Shown: positions 46,225 to 58,190 of the stretch, one piece after another | Numbering within the stretch: position 1 is the stretch's first letter | Layout: the number at the start of each line of letters is the position of its first letter | DNA from: a virus | Taxonomy: Duplodnaviria > Heunggongvirae > Uroviricota > Caudoviricetes | IMG/VR virus record: IMGVR_UViG_3300010162_000009 | Length of the DNA stretch: 64,000 nt | Strand: one strand, 5' to 3' | Notes under the pieces: model-generated | Told to the model about the DNA's origin: nothing | Database searches by the model: none | Seen by the model: only the letters and a program-made list of their open reading frames with translations | Position numbers and translations under genes: made by a program

Positions 46225-49110
46225 ATGGAGAATAACTATCAGATATTATTAGGGTCATCAAAATCAAAGGAATCTGTTGTAGAGGATAATTTTTTGAATA
46301 TTGTTCTGGAAGGAAACAATACTTTTATTCAGAAAACTGAAATTCAAGAAACCATTGATCTAAATGAACAATATATAAAAGAACGCGATAGTTGTACCAA
46401 TTACAGACTAACAATTACCATAAACCCAATTTGCACTAACGTTTTGTGTAATCCAACAAGTACTATTATTGAAAGAAATAGAGCGTCTGATGGTAATGAT
46501 ATGTTGATTACCAATAAGAGTAATGTGAACGAAGGTACACAAATGACAAAATACATATATAATCCAATTAAATCAATTGGAAATACAAATGTTGAATATT
46601 TTATGGGATATGATATTTTTGACAATGTATATTTTAGAACAAAAAGTATAAGACTTGGTAAATATATGGATGATACCGTTGATACACCAATGGGTACAAA
46701 AGATAGCAATGGTGTTCCAATGCCTATAAAAGAATATGCGTATTTAAAAGATAATATAAACGGATATGATCAAGCAATCAGAGACAATTTACATGAACAT
46801 AATGGTTGGATACAATGTGTAAACCCTTCAAGAATAATGTTATGGAAAAAAAATACTGATGAGAGTTATTCACTTTCTGAAGATTCTAAAATAAGTTTTA
46901 TAAAAGGTGGAAATTGTGAGAAAACCGATTTATTTCCCACTAGAGAAATGTTATTATTTAACACATTATTCAGGTATAATAGCGTTGGTAGATTAACCAA
47001 TGAAGAAAATTGGTCATATTTCTTATCTTATCCATATAAGAATATTTATGATCATTGGTTGGTATACACACCAAAAGATGACACTTCATCAGAAGATTAT
47101 TCTTCTCATGGTATACCAATAATTTATATTGAAAATCTTGAAGAGGGTAATGAAAAAAACCCATTCACTAAATCATGTTTGTTATTTCAAACACCATATC
47201 CAAATAAACTTAAAAATTTTAATAAAATAAGATTTTATTATAAAGGCGATAATAATGAATCAAAACCGTTTATAGATTTTACAGTTCAAAGGGTTGTGAA
47301 TGAAACAAAGTTTTACATATTTAAAAACGAAACCCAAGAAGATTTTTTTAGTGGAGGTAATTTAAAAGAAAATTTTAAAAATGCGCGTATTAAAAAAATT
47401 GTTAATGGTATCCCTTGTGATTATTATATAAAAGAATTTAGAAAAATACCAAATTGGAAATTTGAAAACGAAAAAATTACACCGGATAATATAATAGAAA
47501 AAATTAAAACAAATAATCAATCATTTAACAGTGAAAAATATAATCTATCATACGGTAAAAACATTTTTAATGATAAAATAATTCAAATATCATTTACAGA
47601 TAGCGTTGATATTAATATGTTGAAAGATAATCTTGGTCGCCCGATAACAAAAATATTTTTAACAATATATAAAAATAATGAACATGAAGTAGATTGGGAA
47701 GACTATTTTGCAAGTAATTCAAGTAGTTTTCAACCGCATTTTCAAGATGTTGGTACAAAAAAAACAAGATATGAAACAGATTTTCAACGCTATTGGAGTA
47801 AAAATTCTGTTGGATATGAGTTAGTTTATACACCAACACTACCAATCGAAAACTCTCGTGATGATATAGGGGTGTTAGAATATCAAAAAAATTATCCAAA
47901 TATTTATTGCATGCATAACGTTAAAAACGAATCCACTGATTTTTATCCCGATATAACAGTTAAATATGATAATAGGTATAATAGCAGTATTCTTGCAGCA
48001 GAAAAGTTAGATTTCAAGTGGCCATGTCCTCCAAATAGTATTCAGAATAATATTGAAGATGAAACAGAGCAATATTTTTATGGGGATATTTGCGAATTTG
48101 ATAAATCAACTTTTACAGAAACAGTATTATCTAAATGCCAATATAGATTTAACACAGTAAATAGGGAAAGTAGTTTATTTCATGATAAATGTATTGTAAT
48201 ACACAGTATAGCACTATTTTCAAGCGACGGTATTTCATCATTAGATACACATCCGGCACCAAACGAAGATGGTCAATACAAACCGGCAACAGGAGTAAAT
48301 ACCTTTCAGACAGGTGAATCAAATTTCTTTTTTGGGAACGATTCACTTCCTTTTGATTGTGATAATATTAAAGACAATGGAAATAAAATGATATACAGGG
48401 CACTGGTTCAAGCAGGACCAAGACCAGAAGGATATTATTATCAATCACATTATCCAATAACATTGAAATGGTATGAAAGTGAGTTACAATATAAATCTTT
48501 TCCGAGAATATATTTTATTTCAGATATTAATGGATATATTATTAGTAATGCGGGATACTTTAATATTAAAATAGAAAAGTGTGAAATTGGTGGTAAAGAA
48601 TTTGATTTTATACAATTTTTCACACATAGTAGACATAGATTACTTCAAAATACAATACTTAAACTTATATGGATACACAAATCAATTGAATATGAAAAAG
48701 GATTTGTAATAAAAACTATTAGAACAGATGAACATAAAATATTAATACCATATGATGAAGATTTAATTAATTATATGAGAAGTACAACCTCTTCTGGTGT
48801 AGAAGAAAAAATTAATAATATTCAAGTGTACGTTTATGATTATGATACCCCACTATGGGCGAAACATATTAACTTTGGTAGATTTGTTTGGAGAAACATT
48901 ATGTCAGCAGATGACGCGGCAATACGCTCACGAGAAGAATACCCATTCACAAATGGAAATATTTATGTTCATAAACAAATAAATTTCTTCTTGAGAAGAC
49001 AATCTATCGGTTGCCCAGCTATGTTATTTAATAGATTTCCAAGTGATGTGAACGTGGCAATGAAAGTTAATATGACTGAATTATATGAAGATATAAACGA
49101 AATATGTTAA
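46225..49110 (+). CDS. Probable virion structural protein
   Basis: 961 aa; TATTTATA at 46205; structural context. Confidence 0.7.
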   Translation: MENNYQILLGSSKSKESVVEDNFLNIVLEGNNTFIQKTEIQETIDLNEQYIKERDSCTNYRLTITINPICTNVLCNPTSTIIERNRASDGNDMLITNKSNVNEGTQMTKYIYNPIKSIGNTNVEYFMGYDIFDNVYFRTKSIRLGKYMDDTVDTPMGTKDSNGVPMPIKEYAYLKDNINGYDQAIRDNLHEHNGWIQCVNPSRIMLWKKNTDESYSLSEDSKISFIKGGNCEKTDLFPTREMLLFNTLFRYNSVGRLTNEENWSYFLSYPYKNIYDHWLVYTPKDDTSSEDYSSHGIPIIYIENLEEGNEKNPFTKSCLLFQTPYPNKLKNFNKIRFYYKGDNNESKPFIDFTVQRVVNETKFYIFKNETQEDFFSGGNLKENFKNARIKKIVNGIPCDYYIKEFRKIPNWKFENEKITPDNIIEKIKTNNQSFNSEKYNLSYGKNIFNDKIIQISFTDSVDINMLKDNLGRPITKIFLTIYKNNEHEVDWEDYFASNSSSFQPHFQDVGTKKTRYETDFQRYWSKNSVGYELVYTPTLPIENSRDDIGVLEYQKNYPNIYCMHNVKNESTDFYPDITVKYDNRYNSSILAAEKLDFKWPCPPNSIQNNIEDETEQYFYGDICEFDKSTFTETVLSKCQYRFNTVNRESSLFHDKCIVIHSIALFSSDGISSLDTHPAPNEDGQYKPATGVNTFQTGESNFFFGNDSLPFDCDNIKDNGNKMIYRALVQAGPRPEGYYYQSHYPITLKWYESELQYKSFPRIYFISDINGYIISNAGYFNIKIEKCEIGGKEFDFIQFFTHSRHRLLQNTILKLIWIHKSIEYEKGFVIKTIRTDEHKILIPYDEDLINYMRSTTSSGVEEKINNIQVYVYDYDTPLWAKHINFGRFVWRNIMSADDAAIRSREEYPFTNGNIYVHKQINFFLRRQSIGCPAMLFNRFPSDVNVAMKVNMTELYEDINEIC

Positions 49111-49116
49111 ACCAAT

Positions 49117-51495
49117 ATGCAGAGATACACAATAACAAATAAAGATTTAGAAACAACAATTAAAGAATATTCGTTGTTTGATAACACGTTCAACTCTGCT
49201 ACGGATGAAGGTAATGGGTATTTAGAATTTTATTTAAAATACCCACACAACTTTATTGAAGGGGAAACAATTAATGTAAACTTTAAAGATATTAACCTTG
49301 CTAATGATATTCCAATATCATTAAGACGTAAAGTAATGATAGGATTGGCAATAGGAAATACTACAGCACAACCAATAAAATATTTTTGGTGTTATGAAGA
49401 TGATATATCTATGTGGTATGAAATACCAATTTCCGGTGTATTAACTGGTTATCTTGATACTATTGAAGATTATATTGATAATAGTAAAATATCAGATGAT
49501 ACAACAACATGGGAAAAAACATTTAGAACAGTTGAGATAGATATAAACGGTAATAAAATAAAAGAAAAACGTTCAAATACGTGGCAGGAATTGACATCAA
49601 ACAAAATTAGTCTTGATTGTGGAATAGCGTCAGGAATGTCTATTGCATATACCTGTGTTTTATTAGACACATATTTTAGAATACCGTATATAGATTTAAA
49701 AACAGATGTTAATGTAATAAAAAGTGGTTGGGATGACGAAAATAAAGAATTTACGGTAACAACCGATTATGGTTATGATTATAGTAAGTCCGAGTGGTTT
49801 GATAAATTAAAAGATGATGTAGAGAATGAATATGAGTTATGTATGAATGTTTCTTATACCACACCTTTTTATATACAGCAATCTAATAACATCCTACCAT
49901 TTATAAATAATAATACAAACAATTTGTTTTCATATCATGAAGAAACAGTAAAAAACGAAATAAATAAAATTATATATTGTGGTTTATCTATAACACTTAA
50001 AGAATCTTGTTTTGATAATGAAATAGAATATGATTTTATATTAAATTATCATGATAACAATCATGGTATTCAAAGAATAGAATTAAACTGTACGGGTGAA
50101 AATTATGTTGATGGTAGTTATGATTTAAAATTCGAACCAGTTGGAGCAGCACAGGGTTATTATACGGTAAAAGACGGAATGGTAATGGATGTTGTTTTAA
50201 TAAGTGGAGGATCATATGTAAATATTACACCAAAAGTAGATTTAACATCAACAACAGGTGCAGGTGCAATGGCATCCGCAATATTATTTAAAGATGATTT
50301 TATTAACATTACTGATATGTTTTTAAGATATAAAAAAGAATATTTAACTTTTTATAAAACAATATCAAACTATTCCATTAATGTAAGTATCGGACAAGAT
50401 TTTACATTAGATTCAATTCGCACAGAACTTGTAAACACAAAATTCATAGAAGTTGAAACTGAAAAGGCAATAAATAAAATATTAGATAATGAGCGTATCA
50501 GATTTCAACCGGTTTTTAGAACAACCCAGAACTTTAATACAAGTACCGGACAACCTATAATTATTAATAGATATTACCCTATTAATTGGATAAGTTACCA
50601 ATTTCATTTTAATGATAAAAATAAACTACCGGAAAAAGAACATGATATAGAAATAACAAAATTAATAGATTTAGGGTTTAATGATAACGATGTACAATAT
50701 AAAAAGAAAAGGTTGTCCAGAACTTTTTGTCGCCATTCATTTTACAATGGTTTTAACCCAACACAACATAAATTAGAGTGTTTTAATAGTGTTTTTATCA
50801 ATATTGACATGTTATATAGCACTTATATATTAAACATTGCTAGTGTTAGTGGTAATGAAATTAATAGTATTCCAATGTTAAGTGATAAAATGACCACTGA
50901 ATTTAATATTTTTAATCCGTTATTGGAAAAATTTGTTAATATATATAAAGATACTTCAACAGCAACAACCAAAGAAACTCCGGTTGAATATATACAAACC
51001 TCTTCCAGTGAAGGGTATTATTTATATCTGTTTGGTGAAGAATACAAACAACTAAAACCTCAAAAATTGTATATGAAAACAGAGTTTAACAACGCATTAA
51101 GTGGTAAACGGACATTATTTTTTAATAGAGGACATAGTAAGGTACCATTAAACAACATATTTTTTGAACAGAATGGTGAAAGACAATATATGTATACAGA
51201 AATAGAAGTTTGTGGGGTAAAAGTAAAATGGGATAATGTTCGCAAAGTATATAGAGAAGCAAGAGAAACCGACAACACATTTGAAGTTAAATATTTTTGG
51301 TATCCAGTTTTATCAAACTACCCACGCATAAACGAAATAAATAACAGAGGAACGGTTATGAACACACCATTTCAAGATACAAAATATGAAAATATCGAAT
51401 GGGGAAATAAACTAGTTAATAAAGGTGATGGTAAAACATACATTGAAGATCCAAACAAACTAATAATAAAATTCTACGAAGCAAACGTATTATAA
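49117..51495 (+). CDS. Probable virion structural protein
   Basis: 792 aa, tightly packed operon. Confidence 0.7.
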   Translation: MQRYTITNKDLETTIKEYSLFDNTFNSATDEGNGYLEFYLKYPHNFIEGETINVNFKDINLANDIPISLRRKVMIGLAIGNTTAQPIKYFWCYEDDISMWYEIPISGVLTGYLDTIEDYIDNSKISDDTTTWEKTFRTVEIDINGNKIKEKRSNTWQELTSNKISLDCGIASGMSIAYTCVLLDTYFRIPYIDLKTDVNVIKSGWDDENKEFTVTTDYGYDYSKSEWFDKLKDDVENEYELCMNVSYTTPFYIQQSNNILPFINNNTNNLFSYHEETVKNEINKIIYCGLSITLKESCFDNEIEYDFILNYHDNNHGIQRIELNCTGENYVDGSYDLKFEPVGAAQGYYTVKDGMVMDVVLISGGSYVNITPKVDLTSTTGAGAMASAILFKDDFINITDMFLRYKKEYLTFYKTISNYSINVSIGQDFTLDSIRTELVNTKFIEVETEKAINKILDNERIRFQPVFRTTQNFNTSTGQPIIINRYYPINWISYQFHFNDKNKLPEKEHDIEITKLIDLGFNDNDVQYKKKRLSRTFCRHSFYNGFNPTQHKLECFNSVFINIDMLYSTYILNIASVSGNEINSIPMLSDKMTTEFNIFNPLLEKFVNIYKDTSTATTKETPVEYIQTSSSEGYYLYLFGEEYKQLKPQKLYMKTEFNNALSGKRTLFFNRGHSKVPLNNIFFEQNGERQYMYTEIEVCGVKVKWDNVRKVYREARETDNTFEVKYFWYPVLSNYPRINEINNRGTVMNTPFQDTKYENIEWGNKLVNKGDGKTYIEDPNKLIIKFYEANVL

Positions 51496-53579
51496 TGGAT
51501 AAAATATTAAAAAATATAAATTTAAATGACTTTAAGAATTATAGTTTAAATCCAAATTTATGGGTGTGGTATTTAAATTATGTTAAACCTGTATTAATAC
51601 CAAATGATAAAAATCTTCTTATAAAGGAAACAGATAAAGATAATAATGTAAAATATTATTATATAAGTGAAGGTGTTAAAATAGAAATTGATTTTACTTA
51701 TTTCACTATTAATGCTGAACTAAAAATAATATTTAACCCATATAATCCATATTATAAACTACCCACAGGATTTTCATATCTCTCATTTTATGATTTAAAT
51801 ACATTCTTCAATGATTTACATACTTATCAAACTACCGCAAATTACATTTGCTCTCTTTGTTCTTTAAATAAAAATCAATTGAATCAGGGAGATTTATCTA
51901 TTTTCATAGATTCTTCTGAAAATTGGTATTATAAAGAGGGTGATAGATTATATCCATTTCTTTATTTTTTACTAACAGATAAATTTAAGGAAGAAGAAAA
52001 CGAATATATTTTTGATAATTTAACATATTACAAAATAAACACATGTTTTTTTACTGATTTTATTAACTCTTTCACAAATGGTATATGGATAAATATATTT
52101 AACGAGAGATTAAATATAACAAGATTTGACAATTTAAATAATTATATAAATGATTTTATAAAAGATTATACAACAACAGAAGGAAAATTAGGACAAATTA
52201 TAGATTTAATTTACGACTATCTTATAAATGAATCAACACAACTAACAAATGCTATTTCAAATATTAGTGAATATGATATTTATTCTGACATTAAAAATCA
52301 ATGTTATGATTTTGTATTTGAAAAAGCGTTTGAATTTTTTGTAAAATATTTTTCATGTGAAACACATACAATTATACACGATAAATTCGTAACAGATTAT
52401 AAAGGAAAATATGAATTTAATCTTGAACCACCGAAACTAAAAATACCAATATTATTTAGTACTAATATTGATGACATTGGAATATTAACCAATACAGCGA
52501 AGGAATGGGTACCAGGTCAAAGATATTATTTTAATGATGTTGTTATATATGATGAACAGTTATATATTCTTAAAGATGTTGGTCCTGGTGGATATGCGGG
52601 TATGTTTAATTATATTGAAAATGTTATTTATTTTGATGATTATAATCCAGATAGTTATGGTTTCTTTGTTGATTTTAAAACAACTGCTGATGGTCAATTG
52701 ACTAATTGGAAATTTACTGTAGATAATTGGTGTATAATAGGGTTGATAAATAGTACTACCGGTAGTTTATTATACACACTAAAGGGATTGGTACCAAACT
52801 CTACCATACCTAACTTTTTTGATGTTGAGGGAAAATACGTGGCATCCACACTACGCAATATATCCGAAATAAAAAGAGTTGGTAGTATAGTAGAATATTA
52901 TGCAAGTCGTATTATGAATATTAGTGGAATAAGATATTATGATGGTAATAATATATTAGTAACAATTGATATTGATGAAAATATTGTTAATGGTATTATA
53001 ATTAAAAGAGAAATAGTATATCAGTATATTATAAATGAGGTATACAGAAACTCTACTTTACAAACAGGTACTGGAATTATGTATACCGATACAATTACAT
53101 CCGAAGTAACAAACGGAGCAGCATTTGAATGGTCTAATTACACAATATTAACAAATTCACAATATACTACACGTTCATTTAGGTATTTGGTTCCACATTA
53201 TTCAGAAAGAACAAATTCACTAACCGCAACACCAACTACTAATGCGGCTCGGTATCATATGAATAATCTTATTTGGGCAAATGCTCCATTGATTAAAGAA
53301 GAATATCTGTTTGGTATAAATGGCGGAAAACCAATAGTCGAAGATAATATAAACATTGAAAGAGGTATAGTTTATTCTCAGGATAAACACTTGGCATTAG
53401 GGGAAATAAAGACATTTAATCAATTATTAACATATAATAACGGTTCTTTTTGGAAAATTTATGATAACACTAAAGAAAATAAAGAAGATGATATTATTGA
53501 TTATCATGGTGTTGTAGAGGGCATGCCGTTAGATGAAGAAGAAGTAAAAGAATTTGAATATGGACAAAAAGATTTTTAA
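51495..53579 (+). CDS. Probable virion structural protein
   Basis: 694 aa; TAATG overlap with the previous gene. Confidence 0.7.
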   Translation: MDKILKNINLNDFKNYSLNPNLWVWYLNYVKPVLIPNDKNLLIKETDKDNNVKYYYISEGVKIEIDFTYFTINAELKIIFNPYNPYYKLPTGFSYLSFYDLNTFFNDLHTYQTTANYICSLCSLNKNQLNQGDLSIFIDSSENWYYKEGDRLYPFLYFLLTDKFKEEENEYIFDNLTYYKINTCFFTDFINSFTNGIWINIFNERLNITRFDNLNNYINDFIKDYTTTEGKLGQIIDLIYDYLINESTQLTNAISNISEYDIYSDIKNQCYDFVFEKAFEFFVKYFSCETHTIIHDKFVTDYKGKYEFNLEPPKLKIPILFSTNIDDIGILTNTAKEWVPGQRYYFNDVVIYDEQLYILKDVGPGGYAGMFNYIENVIYFDDYNPDSYGFFVDFKTTADGQLTNWKFTVDNWCIIGLINSTTGSLLYTLKGLVPNSTIPNFFDVEGKYVASTLRNISEIKRVGSIVEYYASRIMNISGIRYYDGNNILVTIDIDENIVNGIIIKREIVYQYIINEVYRNSTLQTGTGIMYTDTITSEVTNGAAFEWSNYTILTNSQYTTRSFRYLVPHYSERTNSLTATPTTNAARYHMNNLIWANAPLIKEEYLFGINGGKPIVEDNINIERGIVYSQDKHLALGEIKTFNQLLTYNNGSFWKIYDNTKENKEDDIIDYHGVVEGMPLDEEEVKEFEYGQKDF

Positions 53580-53610
53580 AAAAATTATTATTTATAAAAA
53601 ATAAGAGAAT

Positions 53611-54525
53611 ATGGCAGTAGGTGTTACAGGTACAAATAGATTAGCAAATATTGATATTACTACGGATATTGATATATTTTATCATTATAGACCTGGTAGA
53701 AATGCAACAGATGTTACTTTTGGAGACGACTTCAAAAAAGTTGTAAATCCGAGCGAGTGGTTTAGCGCAAGTACGTATGAAAAGACGAATGAACCGGTTA
53801 ATAACATATTGAATGGTATTTACACCCTTAATCTACCAGTAAAAATTTTTAATAAAAAGGGGATATATACCGTTTTAATTACACCAAGACGATATTATTG
53901 TTTGATTGAAGATGTGCAAGTTTTGTCAGCGTTACCAGATGTAAGGGGAATTGTACTTAAAAGTAGCTCAACCGGACTTTCTTCACCACAAATGGCTAAT
54001 ATGGCATTAAGTGGTTGGCGTGTTGAATATTTTAATATTAGTGGACAACAACAAGATGATTTTAAAATAATAACATCTAATAATAAGTGTGAAGCAGTAA
54101 TGGACAATCTATCTCAAGTTACTGAAAAATCAATGTCATATAGATTGACAGACAATGGTAGTCTCATATTTTGTACAGTATCCCCAAGTTCTACTTCACA
54201 TGTAAGAGCAAATGTTTTACCATATATAGGAACTAAAGATGAACAAATTGCCCTTGTTAATACGAAATTTAATTCACAATTATTAGAAATTGATATGGTT
54301 GATACAGATTTATCAATGTTAGCAACAATGTTGAGCGGTGATCAAGCGTTGAATCTTGATAAGGGATTGATGACAACGTATAATCCAGATCAAACAATTT
54401 TATCCCAAACTGAAATAGTACAAGTTAAAGACGCTTATACGAATAAACCAACATACACAATACGACGTAACAGAACTAATGTTGTAGATAAATCAGAGTC
54501 GTGGAATAATGTAATGAATTATTAA
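53611..54525 (+). CDS. Probable virion structural protein
   Basis: 304 aa; TATTTATA at 53589. Confidence 0.7.
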   Translation: MAVGVTGTNRLANIDITTDIDIFYHYRPGRNATDVTFGDDFKKVVNPSEWFSASTYEKTNEPVNNILNGIYTLNLPVKIFNKKGIYTVLITPRRYYCLIEDVQVLSALPDVRGIVLKSSSTGLSSPQMANMALSGWRVEYFNISGQQQDDFKIITSNNKCEAVMDNLSQVTEKSMSYRLTDNGSLIFCTVSPSSTSHVRANVLPYIGTKDEQIALVNTKFNSQLLEIDMVDTDLSMLATMLSGDQALNLDKGLMTTYNPDQTILSQTEIVQVKDAYTNKPTYTIRRNRTNVVDKSESWNNVMNY

Positions 54526-54527
54526 TC

Positions 54528-57500
54528 ATGTCAGTTGAAAAAACAATACAAAGAACATTATATACAAACCGCAGGTATCATCAACCATTATCAGGTAGTA
54601 ATACAGGATCGATTTTTGATACTTCATGGTCCACCGTACAAAACTCACCAATATTTTCAAACTATGTTGATGGCGTAAATGTTGGTAGTTTTCAGGTACG
54701 ATTCAATGACGGTCAAAACAATAATGCACTAGTTCATTCAAATGGAAATTGGATACCACCAAAAACCGGATATGATTGTTTTATAAATATAATTGAGGTT
54801 GATACAAAAGGTAGAATAACTGATATTGTAATTTCTGATGGTGGAGTTGGATATAAGGTTGGTGACAGGTTTAGTATTATTTCATTAGGTGCTGTTAATG
54901 GTTTGGTAGAAGTTAAAAAAACTGATTCAAATGGTAAAGTTGAATCAGTAGAAATAATCAATGGTGGTATGGGATACCAAACAACCACAAATATTGAGTT
55001 AAATGATTTATTTTGGACACTACAAGAAGTTTTAACTAACGCAGAATCTGGTGAAGAAATAATAACTAATATAATAAATCCACTCGATCAAGAATGGAAA
55101 TTAAAATTAGATAATAAAAATTTAACAAGTTTTGCCCTATACGGAAACCTTGTCGAACTAATAAAAGCAAGTTTTCTTGGTATTGTTAATAATTTTCCAG
55201 CATCGTTATGGTTATTAAGAAAAGAATATTATTCAGAAAGTATATTAGAATGGTATTATGAAGTTAATAATCCATTTAATATCAATATCTTTACATCGGA
55301 TGAAGACCCATATATAGATGATATTAGAGTATTTCAACAAAACCATAATAGATATGAAATTATTGAAGCAAAAAATTCTGAAAGAGTTGATGATAATTGC
55401 ATTGATGATTATACGGGAATACAATTAACCGAAAATAGATATGATATAGATTCAGTAACAGCAGTATATAAACATATTTATATAAAGAAACCGGGATTTA
55501 TAGGATTCGTTGGTAAAATAGACGGAGTTGACTATACGCTTGATAATAATGATTTGATCACCATAAGACTACCAAAACAACCAGATGTTTTAACAAAACA
55601 GGAAGTTTTTACATTTGATAAAGATGGAAATACAATAAAAGAAAATGTCGGATGTGTTGCTGATCATTATTATACTCCAATAAGATTAATAGACGGAATG
55701 GTTATAAGTTATAATAATAAAACAAATATAATTAACATATTATTTAACTATGATGATAAACATAATCCTTGCACATTAATCAATTATGTGGCAGACATAG
55801 ATAGTGATGTATTTGGATTCCATATTAGACCAAAGGAAAAATATATAAATGATTTCTTTAATAATTTAAGTGATTTTCAAAACATAATATTAAATAGAAA
55901 TACCGTACCAACATATACTTCAACATTTTATGTTCCAATGAAAGATAGCGATGGAAGTTATACTGGAATGTATACTAACGAAGACTTTACATTAGAAACA
56001 GAGGATGGGTGGAACATAGATTTATCTTCTACAAGTTATCAAAGAATGATGAAAACACTCTTAGATGCCGCTGAATATATGGATACAATGAAATGTGATA
56101 ACATTTATCGTATGTTAACACATGATAGTATAAAAAACCTTGACTGGTCATTGAATAGGGTTGAAGATGAAGCATTGGCGGAATCACATATTATTGGCGG
56201 AACATTTCTTAAAAAAGTATTAAGAATATATGGAAGATCATATGATGAAATAAAAAAATATATTCGAGGTATTGAGGTTATCAATAACTTAACATACAAT
56301 CAATTAGACAATTATCCAGATGCTATTTTAAAAAATGAGGTTGATATTGCTGGGTGGAAACCTGTGTCGGTTATCAATTTCGATAATTTTGGCGTAACAA
56401 CCGAACAATTATATTATGGATGGCAACAGAAATATAATTCTATTGACATTGAAAATGAATTTTATAGAAGATTATTACTTAATTCTTCATACATAGCGTC
56501 ATGGAAAGGAACTAAGCATGGTATTGAAATGTTGATGAATTTATTCGGTATAGATAGAAATAAATGGGGATTAAACGAAATTGTATACGTAGCAAATGGT
56601 AGTAGTTATGGTCCAAATAAAGATACAAATGACATGATACCAGATGAAGTTTCCCCAATAAATTCAGATAATATAGTTGAAGGTTATACATACGATGTGT
56701 ATTCATCAAATCCTACTGGTTCAATAACATATAATGGTATAAAATATATGAGTGGACAAGAGTTTGTGGGTATTAAATCTGTAACAGAATTTACACCAGA
56801 TTTGGGTGCACAGGTTTATTTTTATCCATTCAAAAATATACTGTTATTAAACAAAACTACCCCATATACAGAAAATGGTTCAGATTTTAGTATGACCGAA
56901 GGAACAGCATTTGGTAGAGAAGTTGGAGAAGGAGAAGAAGTCTTACCTATACCAATAACAAAATACTATTATGGTGATTATATTGATTGTAAAAAATGTA
57001 GTGGTAAAGGATATACTAACGAAAGATCAATATGTTACCAATGTAACGGATTAGGAAAAGTAAGACGTTATCATGGTGTACCGTTTTTTCATGGAAATAC
57101 TGAACGTCTATATTATCAACAATACGGTGGTTGGTATCAAGATACGCAAGCAGAATTAAGAATGGTTGAAACGATAGAAGATTTGAAATCCATGATCATA
57201 AGATTGGGTCAAGAAGAGGGTACACTAGTGTTTGTCAGAAACGATTCTCAATGGAAAGTCAATGATGGAAAAAAATATTCAAATTATTGGGTATTAACAG
57301 ATTCAGATAAATCAGTAAATAAGGACGGGTGGCACAACCTAACCGAAGACGAAACGTCAGAACCATTTACTATAACAACCGAAAGCGGTGTATCAGTTAC
57401 AATAAATATTCAAGCGTATTTCCAAATAACAACAACAAATGAAGGTAACAACCCACACACAGGAGGAACATTGGGTTATGATTACGGAAACAGTTATTTA

Positions 57501-58190
57501 CAAAATATAGGTTATGATGTTATCAACGCAGCAAAAACCTCTATTACCCCACCACTTTCCATAAAAAAAGGAAATGTTAATAATACAAACGGAATATTCA
57601 ACTATACTTTAAATAATAGTCCTGATTGTATGTGGGATAAACCACAATTCTATTTGTTAGAAAATGTTGGTTTCAAATTAGAAGGATATGTAGATAACAA
57701 AGGGTGCTGGCCGGTTTATAGAAATGAAGGTTATATAAGAAGAAAATTTGTGTCAGAACCAAAAATATATAAAGAAGATGTTCTAATGATAGATCCATCA
57801 TATTCAATTTATAATACATATACTGATTTGTCTGGATGCACACCTAAACTATTAATAGACAAAGAAACAAATACAAGATATGTTGAAAGAATACCAGAAA
57901 ATACAGAATTTTATAGAATAGTGAACTGTAAAAATATAGTATTTAGATATAATTCTGAAGATGGTTCGGAAGAATATTTTTTCATTAATAATATTATGCC
58001 GTATCTTGAGAATCTAATTCCAAGTACGAGTATATTAGATATTGCTTTTGCGTCTCCAACACTTTGTGGGATTGGTGTTATGAAAATGCGTGAAGAAGAC
58101 GCAGAAGGCGATCAGTGCGAAGAAGTTGCTGGTGATCATACAGCAATAAATCGTGTTGCTAAATTCAGAAATGTTCCAAATTTTTCATAA
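54528..58190 (+). CDS. Baseplate/tail protein (P2 gpI / T4 gp7-like segment) with DnaJ-type zinc finger
   Basis: FYRRLLLN...WKGTKHGIEMLMNLFG; CKKCSGKG...CYQCNGLG. Confidence 0.7.
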   Translation: MSVEKTIQRTLYTNRRYHQPLSGSNTGSIFDTSWSTVQNSPIFSNYVDGVNVGSFQVRFNDGQNNNALVHSNGNWIPPKTGYDCFINIIEVDTKGRITDIVISDGGVGYKVGDRFSIISLGAVNGLVEVKKTDSNGKVESVEIINGGMGYQTTTNIELNDLFWTLQEVLTNAESGEEIITNIINPLDQEWKLKLDNKNLTSFALYGNLVELIKASFLGIVNNFPASLWLLRKEYYSESILEWYYEVNNPFNINIFTSDEDPYIDDIRVFQQNHNRYEIIEAKNSERVDDNCIDDYTGIQLTENRYDIDSVTAVYKHIYIKKPGFIGFVGKIDGVDYTLDNNDLITIRLPKQPDVLTKQEVFTFDKDGNTIKENVGCVADHYYTPIRLIDGMVISYNNKTNIINILFNYDDKHNPCTLINYVADIDSDVFGFHIRPKEKYINDFFNNLSDFQNIILNRNTVPTYTSTFYVPMKDSDGSYTGMYTNEDFTLETEDGWNIDLSSTSYQRMMKTLLDAAEYMDTMKCDNIYRMLTHDSIKNLDWSLNRVEDEALAESHIIGGTFLKKVLRIYGRSYDEIKKYIRGIEVINNLTYNQLDNYPDAILKNEVDIAGWKPVSVINFDNFGVTTEQLYYGWQQKYNSIDIENEFYRRLLLNSSYIASWKGTKHGIEMLMNLFGIDRNKWGLNEIVYVANGSSYGPNKDTNDMIPDEVSPINSDNIVEGYTYDVYSSNPTGSITYNGIKYMSGQEFVGIKSVTEFTPDLGAQVYFYPFKNILLLNKTTPYTENGSDFSMTEGTAFGREVGEGEEVLPIPITKYYYGDYIDCKKCSGKGYTNERSICYQCNGLGKVRRYHGVPFFHGNTERLYYQQYGGWYQDTQAELRMVETIEDLKSMIIRLGQEEGTLVFVRNDSQWKVNDGKKYSNYWVLTDSDKSVNKDGWHNLTEDETSEPFTITTESGVSVTINIQAYFQITTTNEGNNPHTGGTLGYDYGNSYLQNIGYDVINAAKTSITPPLSIKKGNVNNTNGIFNYTLNNSPDCMWDKPQFYLLENVGFKLEGYVDNKGCWPVYRNEGYIRRKFVSEPKIYKEDVLMIDPSYSIYNTYTDLSGCTPKLLIDKETNTRYVERIPENTEFYRIVNCKNIVFRYNSEDGSEEYFFINNIMPYLENLIPSTSILDIAFASPTLCGIGVMKMREEDAEGDQCEEVAGDHTAINRVAKFRNVPNFS

